Source: the human T2T-CHM13v2.0 reference genome, Homo sapiens
Strand: one strand, 5' to 3'
DNA: 64,000 nt
NCBI RefSeq assembly: GCF_009914755.1
Contig: NC_060934.1
In this document: positions 19,885-32,555 of the stretch, in pieces
How the letters are laid out: the number at the start of each line of letters is the position of its first letter
Position numbering within the stretch: the first letter of the stretch is position 1
The notes under the pieces: generated by a model
What the model was told of the DNA's origin: nothing
Database searches by the model: none
Seen by the model: the letters and a program-made list of their open reading frames with translations, nothing else
Translations under genes and position numbers: made by a program

Positions 19885-20197
<313 letters not shown>

Positions 20198-23100
20198 AGC
20201 AACAACAAAAATATATATTTGGTGATTACAGTTTATGGATAAATGAAATAAATGACAGTGATGATATATGAAGAAGGGAGGAAAGAAGTAAGAATATTTT
20301 TTTACAGGTAAGTGCACTACCTATGAAGTAGTATAGTGCTATTTTAATGTAGACTTGGGTTAATTGTAAACACATATTGCACATAATACGGAAACTACAA
20401 AAAAGTAAGAAAAAACAAGTAATATTAAGGAGAAAAAGAAAATAGACTCATATAACATGCTCAATTAAAACCACAGAAGGCAGAAAAAGAGTTGAGGACA
20501 AAAATAGAAACAACGAACAAGGGCAATGAGTAGAAAACAGTAACGCATATATGGTAGATAATAGTTCAACTATATTAAAGTCATTTTAACCGTTGGAAAG
20601 ACAGAGACGGTCAGAGTAGATAAAAAAACAAGAGCCAAATATGTGTATGTTGTCTATAAGAGACCCATTTGAGATATAAATATACATATAGATTTCAAGT
20701 AAATGAAGGAGAAAAATATACCATGCTAACACCAACCAAAAGGAAATGGGAATAGCTATATTAGTTTCAGATGAAGCCATCTCCAGAGTAAGAAAAAATT
20801 ATTAGAGGTTAGGAAGAGTGTTATATAATGATAAAGAGTTAAATTCTCTAAGGAGAAATAATAAAGTGTATGCACCCAACAATAAGGTCAAAATACATGA
20901 GGCAAAAACTGATAGAACTACAATGAGAAATAGATGACTCCACTATTACAGCTGGAGAATTAAACACTCCTCTATTAAAAATGGACAGATTCAGCATGCA
21001 GAAAATCATTAAAGACAGATTTGAACTGAATAGTACCATCAATCAACTGATTTGAATTGGCATTTATAGAATACTTTACCCTACAAAAGCAGAATACACA
21101 TTCTTCTCAAGCTCACATAGAACATTCACCAATATAGACCACATTCTGGGCAACAAAACATATCTTAGGAAGTTTAAAAGAATGTGAATCATACAATGTC
21201 TGCTATGAGACCACAGTTGAATTAAACTAGAAATTGATAACAGATATTGAGCTGGAATATCACAAAATACTTAGAGAGTAAACAGCACATTTCTTAATAA
21301 AATATGGGTAAAATAATAAATCTCAAGAGGGATTAAAATATTTGGAACTTAACAAAATAAAAATAGAACTTTAAAAAATTTGTAGGATGTAGTGAAAGCA
21401 GTGGTTAGAGGGAAACTTCTAGCATTGGGGGCATAAATTAGAAAAGAAAAGGATACAAAGTCAGTAATCTAAACATCCACCTTAGGGAACCAGAGAAAGA
21501 AGGACAAATTATATCCAAAGAAAGCAGAGCAAAAGAAACAATAAAAGAGCAGAAATCAATGAAATTGAAAACAAGAAATCAATAGAGAAAATTAGTAAAA
21601 ACAAAAGCTGGTTATTTGAAAATTATATCAATATATATCTAGCCAGCCTAACCAAGATAAAAAGGGAGAATACAGATTTTCCTATCATCAAAATTAAAAG
21701 AAGAACCATCACTATTGATACCATGGACATTAAAAGGATAATAAATGAATATTATAAAGAACTCCATGCCCACAGATTATATAACTTGGATAAAATGGAT
21801 CAATTCCATAAAGAAACAATCTTCTAAGTCTCACACAAGAAGAAATAGATAATTTGAATAGGCCTTTATTTATTAAAGTAATAAAATAAAAAATAAATAA
21901 CCTCCAAAAGAGAAAACACCAGACCCATATAGGTCCACTGGTAAATTCTACCAAACATTTATAGAAGAATTATACCCGTTCTCTACAATCTCTTCTAGAA
22001 GTAGTACCAGAGGAAATTCTTCTATTCTTAACTCATTTTATGGGGCCAGCATTACTCTAATACTCAAATCAGACAAGGACATTGTAAGAAAGCAAAACTA
22101 TATATCAGTATATCTAATGAAAATAGGTGCAAACCTCAATAAAAGATTAGCAAATTGCATCCAATCGTGTAGAAAAACTGTATACACCATAACTAAGTGG
22201 GATTTATTTTAGAAATGCAAGAGTTACTCAACATATGAAAATCAAATATTTTACTTCATCACATTAGTTACTAAAGAAGAAAAGTCTCATCATCATATCC
22301 ACAGGTGCAGAAAAAAAATTTGCCTAAATCCAGCACACATTCATGATAAAAACTCTCAGCGAACTAAGAATAGAGGAGGAACTTTCTCAATTTAATAAAG
22401 AATATGTGCAAAAAACCTACCGCTAACATCATTATTGGTGAGAAACTTGAAATTTTCTGGCTAATAACAAGAATAAAGTGAGATGTTCCATGAAACTACT
22501 CCTATTCAACATCGTACTAGAAACCCTTTTTAATGAGATAACAAGAAAAAGAAATAAAAGTGATACCAATCAGGAATAAAGAAATAAAACTATTGTGTTT
22601 AGATCGCATGATTGTTTATGTAGAAAATCTCAAAGAATCAAAAAACCTCCAAAAATAAAAAAAACAAAACAAAACAAAAAGAAAACAACAATAATGAAAA
22701 AACTCCTAAAAGTAATAAGCTATTGTAGTAAGGTTGCAGGATACAAGGAAATCAAATTCTTTTCTCTATATTAACAATAAATAATTAGAATTTGGAATTA
22801 AAAACATAGTATCATTTATATTAGCACCAAAAATATGAAATCCCTAGGTGGAAGTCTGTCAAAATACATATATCACTTGAAGAAAACTACAAAACTCTGA
22901 TGAAAGAAAACAAAGATATAAATAAATACACAAATATTTCATGTTCATGGATATGAAGACCGTTGTTAGTCTTTTTGATTTGATCTATAGATCAACACAA
23001 TAAGAATCAAACTCCAGGAAAGTTTTATTATTTTTATTATTTTTTATCTTTAGATGCTAACAATCTGATTGTAAAGTTTATGTGGAGAGGCCAAAAAACC

Positions 23101-23429
23101 CAGAATAGCCAACGTTAAGGAGAACAAAGTCAAATGACTGACCTTACCCAATTCAACTTCAAGACTTACTATGAAGCTAATCAAGACAGTGTGCAATTGG
23201 TGAAAAAAGTCAAATAGATTAATGCAAGTGAGTAAAGAGTCTGAAGTAGATCATCAGAAATATAGTCAACTGATCTTTGAAAAAAAAGGAAAGACAATTC
23301 AATGGGGGAAAAATGGTCTTTTCAACGAAGACTAATGGAGTAACTGGAGGTTCACATACGGAAAAATGAATCTGGAAATAGACCTTACACCTTTAATGAA
23401 AGTTAACTAAAAATATATTATAGATCTAA

Positions 23430-23716
23430 GCCGGGTGCAGTGGCTTATGCCAGTATTCCCAGTACTTTGGGAGGCTGAGGTAGGCAGATCACAGGTCAGG
23501 AGATCGAGACCATCCTGGCTAACACGGTGAAACCCCCATCTCTACTAAAAATACAAAAAATTAGCTGGGCATGGTGGCACGCACCTGTAGTCCCAGGTTG
23601 TCAAGAGGCTGAGGCAGGAGAATCGCTTGAACTCAGGAGGCAGAGGTTGAAGTGAGCCGAGTTGAGAGCCACTGCACTCCAGCCTAGGTGACAGAGTGAG
23701 ACTCAGTCTCAGGAAA

Positions 23717-23733
<17 letters not shown>
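23430..23733 (+). mobile_element. AluS element
   Basis: Complete Alu body plus A tail running into the TA microsatellite. Confidence 0.95.
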
Positions 23734-23750
<17 letters not shown>

Positions 23751-23768
23751 TATATGTGTATATATATA

Positions 23769-23800
<32 letters not shown>

Positions 23801-23832
23801 CGTGTGTGTATATATATATATACATATATATA
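23713..23832. repeat. A(n)-(TA)n/(TG) compound microsatellite, the CYP2C9 promoter VNTR (~-4.0 kb)
   Basis: AAAA...ATATATATATGTGTATATATA...CGTGTGTGTATATA seen directly. Position about 4 kb upstream of the ATG matches the described pVNTR. Confidence 0.85.
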
Positions 23833-24913
23833 TTAGATCCAAATATAAAATGCAAAACTATGAATCTCTGATAGTATAAGATAGGAGAAAATAAAGATGA
23901 CCTTGATCAGCAATGGTTTTTAAAATACTACAATGAAGGTATAATCCATGAAATAAAGAATGACTAAGCTGGACCTTATTAAAATTTAAACTTCTACTCT
24001 GCAAAAGACACTATCAAGGGAATGAGATGAAAAGACAGAGACTGGGAGAAATACTTTCAAAAGATATATCTGATAAACGACTTCTCTCCAAAAATTTTTA
24101 AAACTCCACAATTAGAAATCAGACACCTTGATTTAAAAAATGGGCAACAGATCTGAACAGACACCTCACCCAAGAAGAAATACAGATGGCAAATAAATAT
24201 ATGAAAAATGCTCATCATTAAACGTCACTACGGACCTGCAAACTAAAACCCCAATGAGATACAACTACACACTTATACAATGGCTAAAATCCAAAACACT
24301 GATAAAACCAAATGTTGACAAGGATGTGCAGCAATGAGAACTAAGTCATTGCTGGTGGAAATGCAAAATGATAAAGACACTTCAGGAGACAGATGGGCAG
24401 TGCCTAAAAAAACTAAAATATGTTTACCACATTATCTGGTAGTTGTGCTCTTTGGTATTTGCCAAATAAGTTGAAAATACATTTCCACACAAAAATCTGC
24501 ACATGGATATTTATAGCAGCTTTATTCATCATTGTCAAAAATTAGAAATCACCAAGATGTTCTTCAATAGATAAATGAATAGACAACGTGATAAACCTAT
24601 ACAATGAATGTTATTTAGTGTTAACAAGGAATGAACTATCAAGCCATGAAAAGACATGCAGAAACTTTATACATATGAGTAAGTTAAATCTTAAAAGGCT
24701 ACATACTGTATGATTCCAACCGTATTACATTTTGGAAAAGGCAAAACTATGCCTACACTGCAAAGATTATTTGTTGCTAGGGCTTGCAAGGAAGGGAGAG
24801 AGAACACGTAAAGCACAGAGGTTCTTAGGGCAGTAAAGCTATTTTATGTGATATTACAATGGCACATGTCATTATGCATTAGTCAAATCCCATAGAATGT
24901 ACAACACAAAGAA

Positions 24914-24930
24914 TGAACCCTACATAAACT
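24914..24930 (-). promoter_or_regulatory. Distal CAR response element, DR5 (-2898)
   Basis: TGAACC ctaca TAAACT (minus: AGTTTA n5 GGTTCA), at the known position relative to the ATG at 27812. Confidence 0.85.
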
Positions 24931-25266
24931 ATGAGCTTTGGTTGATGATGATGCGTCAATGTTGGTTCATTGATTGTAACTAATGAGAGTTCTTGATTGT
25001 GAGAGAGACTGTGTGTGGGTGCAGGGAAAGAGGCATGTGGTAATTATATACTTTCCACTTAGTGTTGCCAGAAACCCCAAACTGTTTCAAAAGCCTACTC
25101 TAATCCACCATTCTAGTCAAGCTGAGGTTTGTATTACTCAGTGACTGTGGAGGGCTTAATGTTGATACTCCCCTGATCATTTGGACTGAGATGTGAATTC
25201 TATGAGATGGGATGTGACATGTCACTGAATTGGGAGTTGAAAAACTGGGATTCTAAGAAAAGTCTT

Positions 25267-25628
<362 letters not shown>

Positions 25629-25881
25629 TCATTTCTTAAAAAAAAAAAAGCAAAGTTTAGAGTAGTTGATCTCAGATATCCCTTCTATCTACACATTATC
25701 TATAATTCTTTCTTTCTGTAAACTGAAAGGTCTAGGAAGGAGCCGCAGCTCAGCAGGAGAGAGGAGGAGCTGAGCTGGGACCCCTACCTCCTGAGGAATG
25801 AAATGATTATTATAAAGACAGCAACCGAGCTTATTTTACCCAAAATAAGGTAGTATATTTCTGTTAGAGTTTAGAGTTTCA

Positions 25882-25888
25882 TGAGTCA
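25882..25888 (+). promoter_or_regulatory. AP-1 site (-1930)
   Basis: Perfect TGAGTCA at -1930. Confidence 0.78.
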
Positions 25889-25972
25889 GGGACCAAGTTA
25901 TTGCTTTTCTTTGCCCTGTATAAAGGCTTCTCCAAGGCCTTTGACTTACCTAAGTACTAAATGTTATAAAAC

Positions 25973-25988
25973 CAAACTCTTCTGACCT
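25973..25988 (-). promoter_or_regulatory. Proximal CAR/PXR response element, DR4 (-1839)
   Basis: CAAACT cttc TGACCT (minus: AGGTCA n4 AGTTTG) at -1839. Confidence 0.9.
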
Positions 25989-26114
25989 CTCAATCTAGTC
26001 AACTGGGGCTGTAATTATTAATGAAATTAATGTTTATTTTGAAAATAATTTACTAGACTGAATTACGAAATCCTGAATCATTGTACACTATCAGTAAATA
26101 TTGGTGGACCCAAC

Positions 26115-26129
26115 TGAACTGAATGTTTT
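26115..26129 (+). promoter_or_regulatory. Glucocorticoid response element (-1697)
   Basis: TGAACT gaa TGTTTT, an imperfect IR3 at the known position. Confidence 0.8.
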
Positions 26130-27626
26130 GCTTGAAATGAAACCTTTGAGATGCAGGGCTTATGGGTTCTAGTCCCAGCTCTAGCACTAGCAGACAGCAT
26201 GTTCTTGGCTAAGATACTGAATCTTCAAGGCTCAGCTTCCTCATTCCGGAAATGGGTCAATTTTATTGTAAGCAGAGGTAATTGAGAGATTCAAAAGGGA
26301 CATGAGGTGTAACAATTCTCTGTAAATTGTTAGAATCCCTGTTAAAAATGACCAGTAAAGCTTTGTGCAACTGTGTCTTGACATAACTTTATTTTTCTTA
26401 ATAAAAGAAATGGAAATAACCTCACTAGGGAATTTAGAACAAATATGATGATATCTTTAAAGAAAATGGCTTTGCACAAGTATTGACATTAATGATCTAG
26501 TAAAGTGTATCTTTCTAGTTGTATTTAGATCCTCAACTCAGTATGTCAGCTCCTGTTAAGGTCTATACATTGTGGTGGTTCTGTGCTGTGGGTCCATTTA
26601 GTGATTTCCCTACCTCCCATCTTTTATTGCATCCACAACTGTGGTTCTGTCCATAATTTCCTTTGCTTTCTGTGCATTATTACATCATATCTGAAAATGA
26701 GAAACCAAAAACAATAGAAAGCAGCCATGTCTGGAGGTGACTGGGGGGTCGAGAAGCCCTAGTTTCTCAAACCCTTAGCACCAAATTTTTCCCTCAGTTA
26801 CACTGAGCGTTTCACTTCTGCAGTGATGGAGAAGGGAGATCCCTTATTTCTTCTCATGAGCATCTCTGGTGCTGTTTCCCTTAGAGACAAATAAGGGGTT
26901 CTATTTAATGTGAAGCCTGTTTTATGAACAGAATAAATGTGGTGTATATTCAGAATAACTAATGTTTGGAAGTTTGTTTTATTTTGCTAAAATTGTTCTC
27001 AAGGCAGCTCTGGTGTAAGAGATAATACACCACGATGGGCATCAGAAGACCTCAGCTCAAATCCCAGTTCTGCCAGCTATGAGCTGTGTGGCACCAACAG
27101 GTGTCCTGTTCTCCCAGGGTCTCCCTTTTCCCATTTGAAAAATAAAAAATAACAATTCCTGCCTTCAGGAATTTTTTTTAGGGGGTTTAATGGTAAAGGT
27201 GTTTATATCTGCTAAGGTAATTTACTTGATATATGTTTGGTTATTTAAGATATATGAGTTATGTTAGCTATTTCATGTTTAGGCTGCTGTATTTTTAGTA
27301 GGCTATATTAAATATTTGAAAGGATTTCATTATAAAGAACAAAGTCTCCTAATCTTTGATATAGCATTGACATACTTTTTAAATATACAAGGCATAGAAT
27401 ATGGCCATTTCTGTTAAATCATATATTCCCAACTGGTTATTAATCTAAGAATTCAGAATTTTGAGTAATTGCTTTTGCATCAGATTATTTACTTCAGTGC
27501 TCTCAATTATGATGGTGCATTAGAACCATCTGGGTTAACATTTGTTTTTTATTACCAATACCTAGGCTCCAACCAAGTACAGTGAAACTGGAATGTACAG
27601 AGTGGACAATGGAACGAAGGAGAACA

Positions 27627-27639
27627 AGACCAAAGGACA
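27627..27639 (+). promoter_or_regulatory. HNF4A DR1 site (-185)
   Basis: AGACCA A AGGACA. Confidence 0.85.
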
Positions 27640-27648
27640 TTTTATTTT

Positions 27649-27658
27649 TATCTGTATC
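27649..27658 (-). promoter_or_regulatory. Double GATA site (-163)
   Basis: TATCTGTATC gives two GATA cores on the minus strand, between the HNF4A sites. Confidence 0.7.
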
Positions 27659-27661
27659 AGT

Positions 27662-27674
27662 GGGTCAAAGTCCT
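27662..27674 (+). promoter_or_regulatory. HNF4A DR1 site (-150)
   Basis: GGGTCA A AGTCCT, containing the CAAAGTCC HNF4 core. Confidence 0.9.
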
Positions 27675-27755
27675 TTCAGAAGGAGCATATAGTGGACCTA
27701 GGTGATTGGTCAATTTATCCATCAAAGAGGCACACACCGAATTAGCATGGAGTGT

Positions 27756-27762
27756 TATAAAA
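27756..27762 (+). promoter_or_regulatory. TATA box (TSS expected near 27787)
   Basis: TATAAAA 56 nt upstream of the ATG. Confidence 0.85.
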
Positions 27763-27793
27763 GGCTTGGAGTGCAAGCTCATGGTTGTCTTAA

Positions 27794-28015
<222 letters not shown>

Positions 28016-28292
28016 TAAATTCACCTGTATTTTTTAAATAAAGTGTATCCCTAGAGGTACATGTTACAAGAGGTAATGGTAAAGTAAAATACTTTGAAAG
28101 GCTTTTGTTGCCTTTTCCAGTCTGTCAGTGTCAGAAATAGTGGAATGAAACCATGTATTTTGTGAGTAGAGAAAGATTTGGGTCTTTGCATGTTAGATTC
28201 AAAATAACAAGTGTCAATAGTTTGAAAAGCTGTGTTCCTTCTTCATTTCATAACCATTTGCTATAATTTTTGGCTGAAGGTAAATGGTAAGG

Positions 28293-29189
28293 TATTGTGG
28301 GATCTGGTCAGCAGCCCACAAAGCAACTGGGCTCTCTCTTTTTTCCCAGGTGGATCGGCAGGTTGAGAAATAATAGACACACAAGATAGTGAAAGCTGGG
28401 TCCAGGGGGGTCACCGCCTTCTGGTCCCATGGTGCCAAGAATGCACTGGATATACCAGCATTTATTATTAAGTTTAGTGAGGGCAGGGGTAGGTTAGTGA
28501 GGGATTTAGGGTCATTTGATTATGAGGTGAGATGGTCACATGGGGATGAAGTAATTCTTTAACATAACATTTGTATGTAGAAGTACAGTACATTTGTATG
28601 TAGAAGTACAGTATACGGAGATAAGAATTTACAATATAGTGTGTGCGTCAGTAATTTCTAACAGAGCCTTAAAACAGAAACACAATCTTTCCATAACCTA
28701 TGATTAGCAAGATATTAATCAGCAGTAACAATTGCAACAAAAGCTGGTTACAAACAATCCATGGAAATAGGATGTGAAGCTAGACAACCAGTTAGACCAG
28801 AAATTCTCAGAAGGGAGTATGCCTTAACCCTAAAGAGGCCTAGAAGAGCCATGGCAAGATGAGGGCATTTATAGCCCTATCTTATCCATATGGACAGGTG
28901 CCCCCCATGCGTCCATTTATAGGTTCTCCACAAAGGTCGCATTCCATTCCCAGAGCTATGAACATCTGCTTTTCTGGGATAGGAATCTTGGTGATGTGAA
29001 ACCTCTCTGACTGCACGTCCATTCATAGGCTCTCTGCAGGGGGAAGCACATCACGCGCTGTTGGCTCATTCTGGCAGTCCAGCCTGGCACTGTCCTTACA
29101 CAATCCTGCATGCAATTTTGTATTTACAATAATCGGGAGCATTTCATCTTTTATTCCGTAGCAATAGTTTCAGGGGGGGTCTCCCTACA
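28293..29189 (-). mobile_element. MER11D-type (HERV-K/HML-7) solo LTR, 897 bp
   Basis: Minus strand starts TGTAGGGAGACCCCCCCTGAAACTATTGCTACGG. Exact 6-bp TSD GTAAGG at 28287-28292 and 29190-29195. Confidence 0.85.
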
Positions 29190-29356
29190 GTAAGGAACAT
29201 GTTTGTTATTAGAGATTTTATTAAATAAGTCCTCTACTATATTAGCCATGTGTTTTATTCAGAATAGCCATGAAAATTAAACTTCTCTGAAGAATTAATT
29301 TATGCCTGTTGTAAAGGAAATAACTGTGGGTTCAGGACCAGCAAAAGCAGATAAGT

Positions 29357-29425
29357 GGTAGAAAAGAAGTTATAGACTTCCATTTTTAGATCCACAAAGT
29401 ACTGTTTTAATTATACTATAGCTAC
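29357..29425 (-). pseudogene. NUMT: mitochondrial tRNA-His pseudogene
   Basis: Minus strand GTAGCTATAGTATAATTAAAACAGTACTTTGTGGATCTAAAAATGGAAGTCTATAACTTCTTTTCTACC, 69 nt with GTG anticodon. It lies directly after the ND4 end, as in mtDNA. Confidence 0.88.
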
Positions 29426-30260
29426 AATATATAAACCCCAAAATGACCTTAGCATTTAGTAATGGTAGGAAGAAGGTCAGAAGATGTATAAGTATTAGGG
29501 TTTTTTCTCAAGTGAAAGATGGTTTAGCAGTGTTAATATGATATGTGAACACCCCTCGTTGTGTAATAATTACCATATACAGAGAGTAAAGGGCTGCAAT
29601 TAGTATATTAAGTCTTATAAGCATGATGGTATGATTAGATCAAGAGAATGACGCTGTAGTTATGAAGACTACTCCTACTAGATTGATGGTAGGGGGCAGG
29701 GCAAGGTTGGCAAGACTAGCTAGGAGTCATCACATGGCTATCAGGGAGAGAAGTGTTTGAAGGCCTTGTGTTAGTAGTATGGTTTGGCTGTGAACTCGTT
29801 TGTAGTTTGAGTTTGCAAGGCAGAATAATAGGGATGAGGTTAGTCTGTGGGCAGTTATTAGGGAAGTTGCACTGGTAAAACTTCAGGGGGTTTGAATGAG
29901 AAAAGCTACGATAACAAGTGCCATGTGGCTTATGGAAAAGTAATGAGTGATTTTAGATCAGTTTGGCACAGACAAAAGGAGCTTGTTATGATTATTTCTC
30001 AAAAGGATAGTAAGAAGGAGGAATAAGCTATAAACTCTGTTAGGGGGTTAAGAATTAAGGTGATTTGTATAATCCTATAGCCATCTAATTTTAGGAGTAC
30101 TGCTGTGAGGACTATTGACCTGGCAATTGCGGCCTCTATGTGGGCTTTTGGGAGTCCTAGGTGGAGTCCATAGAGAGATATTTTTAGTATAAATGCTATG
30201 ATGCATGCTAATCATAAAAGGCTATTAAACCAGGAAATTGTTAGTTCTTGAAGCTGGGTA
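29426..30260 (-). pseudogene. NUMT: mitochondrial ND4 pseudogene (3' ~60%)
   Basis: Minus strand in mitochondrial code gives NSLLW(TGA)[50 protein letters not shown], the ND4 C-terminal half. Probably an annotated MTND4P pseudogene. Confidence 0.93.
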
Positions 30261-30396
30261 TTGGTCTTAAGGTAGACTCGAAAGTGCTGATAAATTTCTC
30301 AAGCATCAGTGTTTGAATAAGCGGAGTTTCAAATTTTGGTCTGCTGTACATTAGCTGTGAGACACTGAAAATGAATTTGTCATTCTCTGAGCTCAG

Positions 30397-30709
<313 letters not shown>

Positions 30710-30987
30710 GTTTGTTTAAAATAGAGTAAATAGACCTGCTGAATATGTTGATGTGAGTATTAATTGTAATCTGCATAGCAATTGTCTGACCATTGCCTTG
30801 AACATCACAGGCCATCTGAGTGGCAAGTATAATCATCATCATGTTTCTATTTAAAATTCAGAAATATTTGAAGCCTGTGTGGCTGAATAAAAGCATACAA
30901 ATACAATGAAAATATCATGCTAAATCAGGCTTAGCAAATGGACAAAATAGTAACTTCGTTTGCTGTTATCTCTGTCTACTTTCCTAG

Positions 30988-31150
30988 CTCTCAAAGGTCT
31001 ATGGCCCTGTGTTCACTCTGTATTTTGGCCTGAAACCCATAGTGGTGCTGCATGGATATGAAGCAGTGAAGGAAGCCCTGATTGATCTTGGAGAGGAGTT
31101 TTCTGGAAGAGGCATTTTCCCACTGGCTGAAAGAGCTAACAGAGGATTTG
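30988..31150 (+). CDS. CYP2C9: CYP2C9 exon 2
   Basis: ttcctag|CTCTCAAAG: [54 protein letters not shown]. Donor GTAGGT. 163 nt. Ile99 distinguishes it from CYP2C19. Confidence 0.99.
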
Positions 31151-31321
31151 GTAGGTGTGCATGTGCCTGTTTCAGCATCTGTCTTGGGGATGGGGAGGAT
31201 GGAAAACAGAGACTTACAGAGCTCCTCGGGCAGAGCTTGGCCCATCCACATGGCTGCCCAGTGTCAGCTTCCTCTTTCTTGCCTGGGATCTCCCTCCTAG
31301 TTTCGTTTCTCTTCCTGTTAG

Positions 31322-31471
31322 GAATTGTTTTCAGCAATGGAAAGAAATGGAAGGAGATCCGGCGTTTCTCCCTCATGACGCTGCGGAATTTTGGGATGGG
31401 GAAGAGGAGCATTGAGGACCGTGTTCAAGAGGAAGCCCGCTGCCTTGTGGAGGAGTTGAGAAAAACCAAGG
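31322..31471 (+). CDS. CYP2C9: CYP2C9 exon 3
   Basis: [50 protein letters not shown], with the WxxxR motif. 150 nt, AG/GT flanks. Confidence 0.99.
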
Positions 31472-32555
31472 GTGGGTGACCCTACTCCATATCACTGACC
31501 TTACTGGACTACTATCTTCTCTACTGACATTCTTGGAAACATTTCAGGGGTGGCCATATCTTTCATTATGAGTCCTGGTTGTTAGCTCATGTGAAGCGGG
31601 GGTTTGAAGCTGAGAGCCAAGGGAATTTGCACATATTTGTGCTGTGTGTGTACAGGCATGATTGTGCGTACAGTGTGGGTATAAAAGGTTCATTTAATCC
31701 CATGTTCTCCTGAACTTTGCTTTTTTGCTTTCAAATAAGAAATGATGAATATAGATTTTGAGTTCATTTTTTGAAAGAGTTAAAGAGCAGTGTTTTTCCC
31801 ATTACCTATTCCAGAACATGTCACCAGAGAATACTTGACAAGTCAACATGGTGGGAATGGCCCTATCATACCCATATGGAGCATGAACCAAATGGCATGT
31901 GCTTTTATTTAATTGGACTGTGTTTGTATGGTCAGCCTCACTGACTTCTCTGGGGTTTCTTTTAGGCCCGTGCTTGCCATTCTGGCCAGTAATGACATTC
32001 TACAGTTTTTATTGCTTAGGCATATCTTAGTGCAGTTCTCATCAATTATTATTTCTCTGTAAACACAGCATTATTTTAAAAATAGTATTAATTATTTCTT
32101 GTTACTGTATTGATTTATATATTTTCAGTAAATACATCCTGTAGCATAATTCTGTGAAATACCCAAATGTCAATTTATAAAATGATTTATTTAACAAGAT
32201 TTTACTTATTAGTAATAACTCTGTAATCTGCATTCCCTATGTATGATTTGGCTCTGTTTCAGTTTTGCTTATCTCTTTCCAACCATATTTATGAAATTTT
32301 GGCTTAGAAATTTATGTTAATTATTTTTTTTCCATGGCCAACTCTACTCATCTATGAAGTTTTACAATGAATCTGTTTATCAGCTTGGATACCAAATTAC
32401 CTTGTTTTTAAATTCTGTTTTCCCAATGAAGTTAAAGACTGAAAATCAGATTTATCTGTGAATGACACACACAAACTAACAGATTTCCAACTGTTCAATG
32501 CCTGGCCATTCATTCAGAGTACTTTTGATTAAAGTCACTATTTAGGGCCTATAGA

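Noticed and set aside
29357-29425. Functional nuclear tRNA-His gene
   Set aside because: It is mitochondrial-type, contiguous with the ND4 pseudogene, has mismatched stems, and has no convincing Pol III A/B boxes.
30991-31412. Antisense ORFs over exons 2-3 (and 37000..37416 over exon 4)
   Set aside because: Shadow ORFs of coding sequence with no recognisable domain or independent signals.
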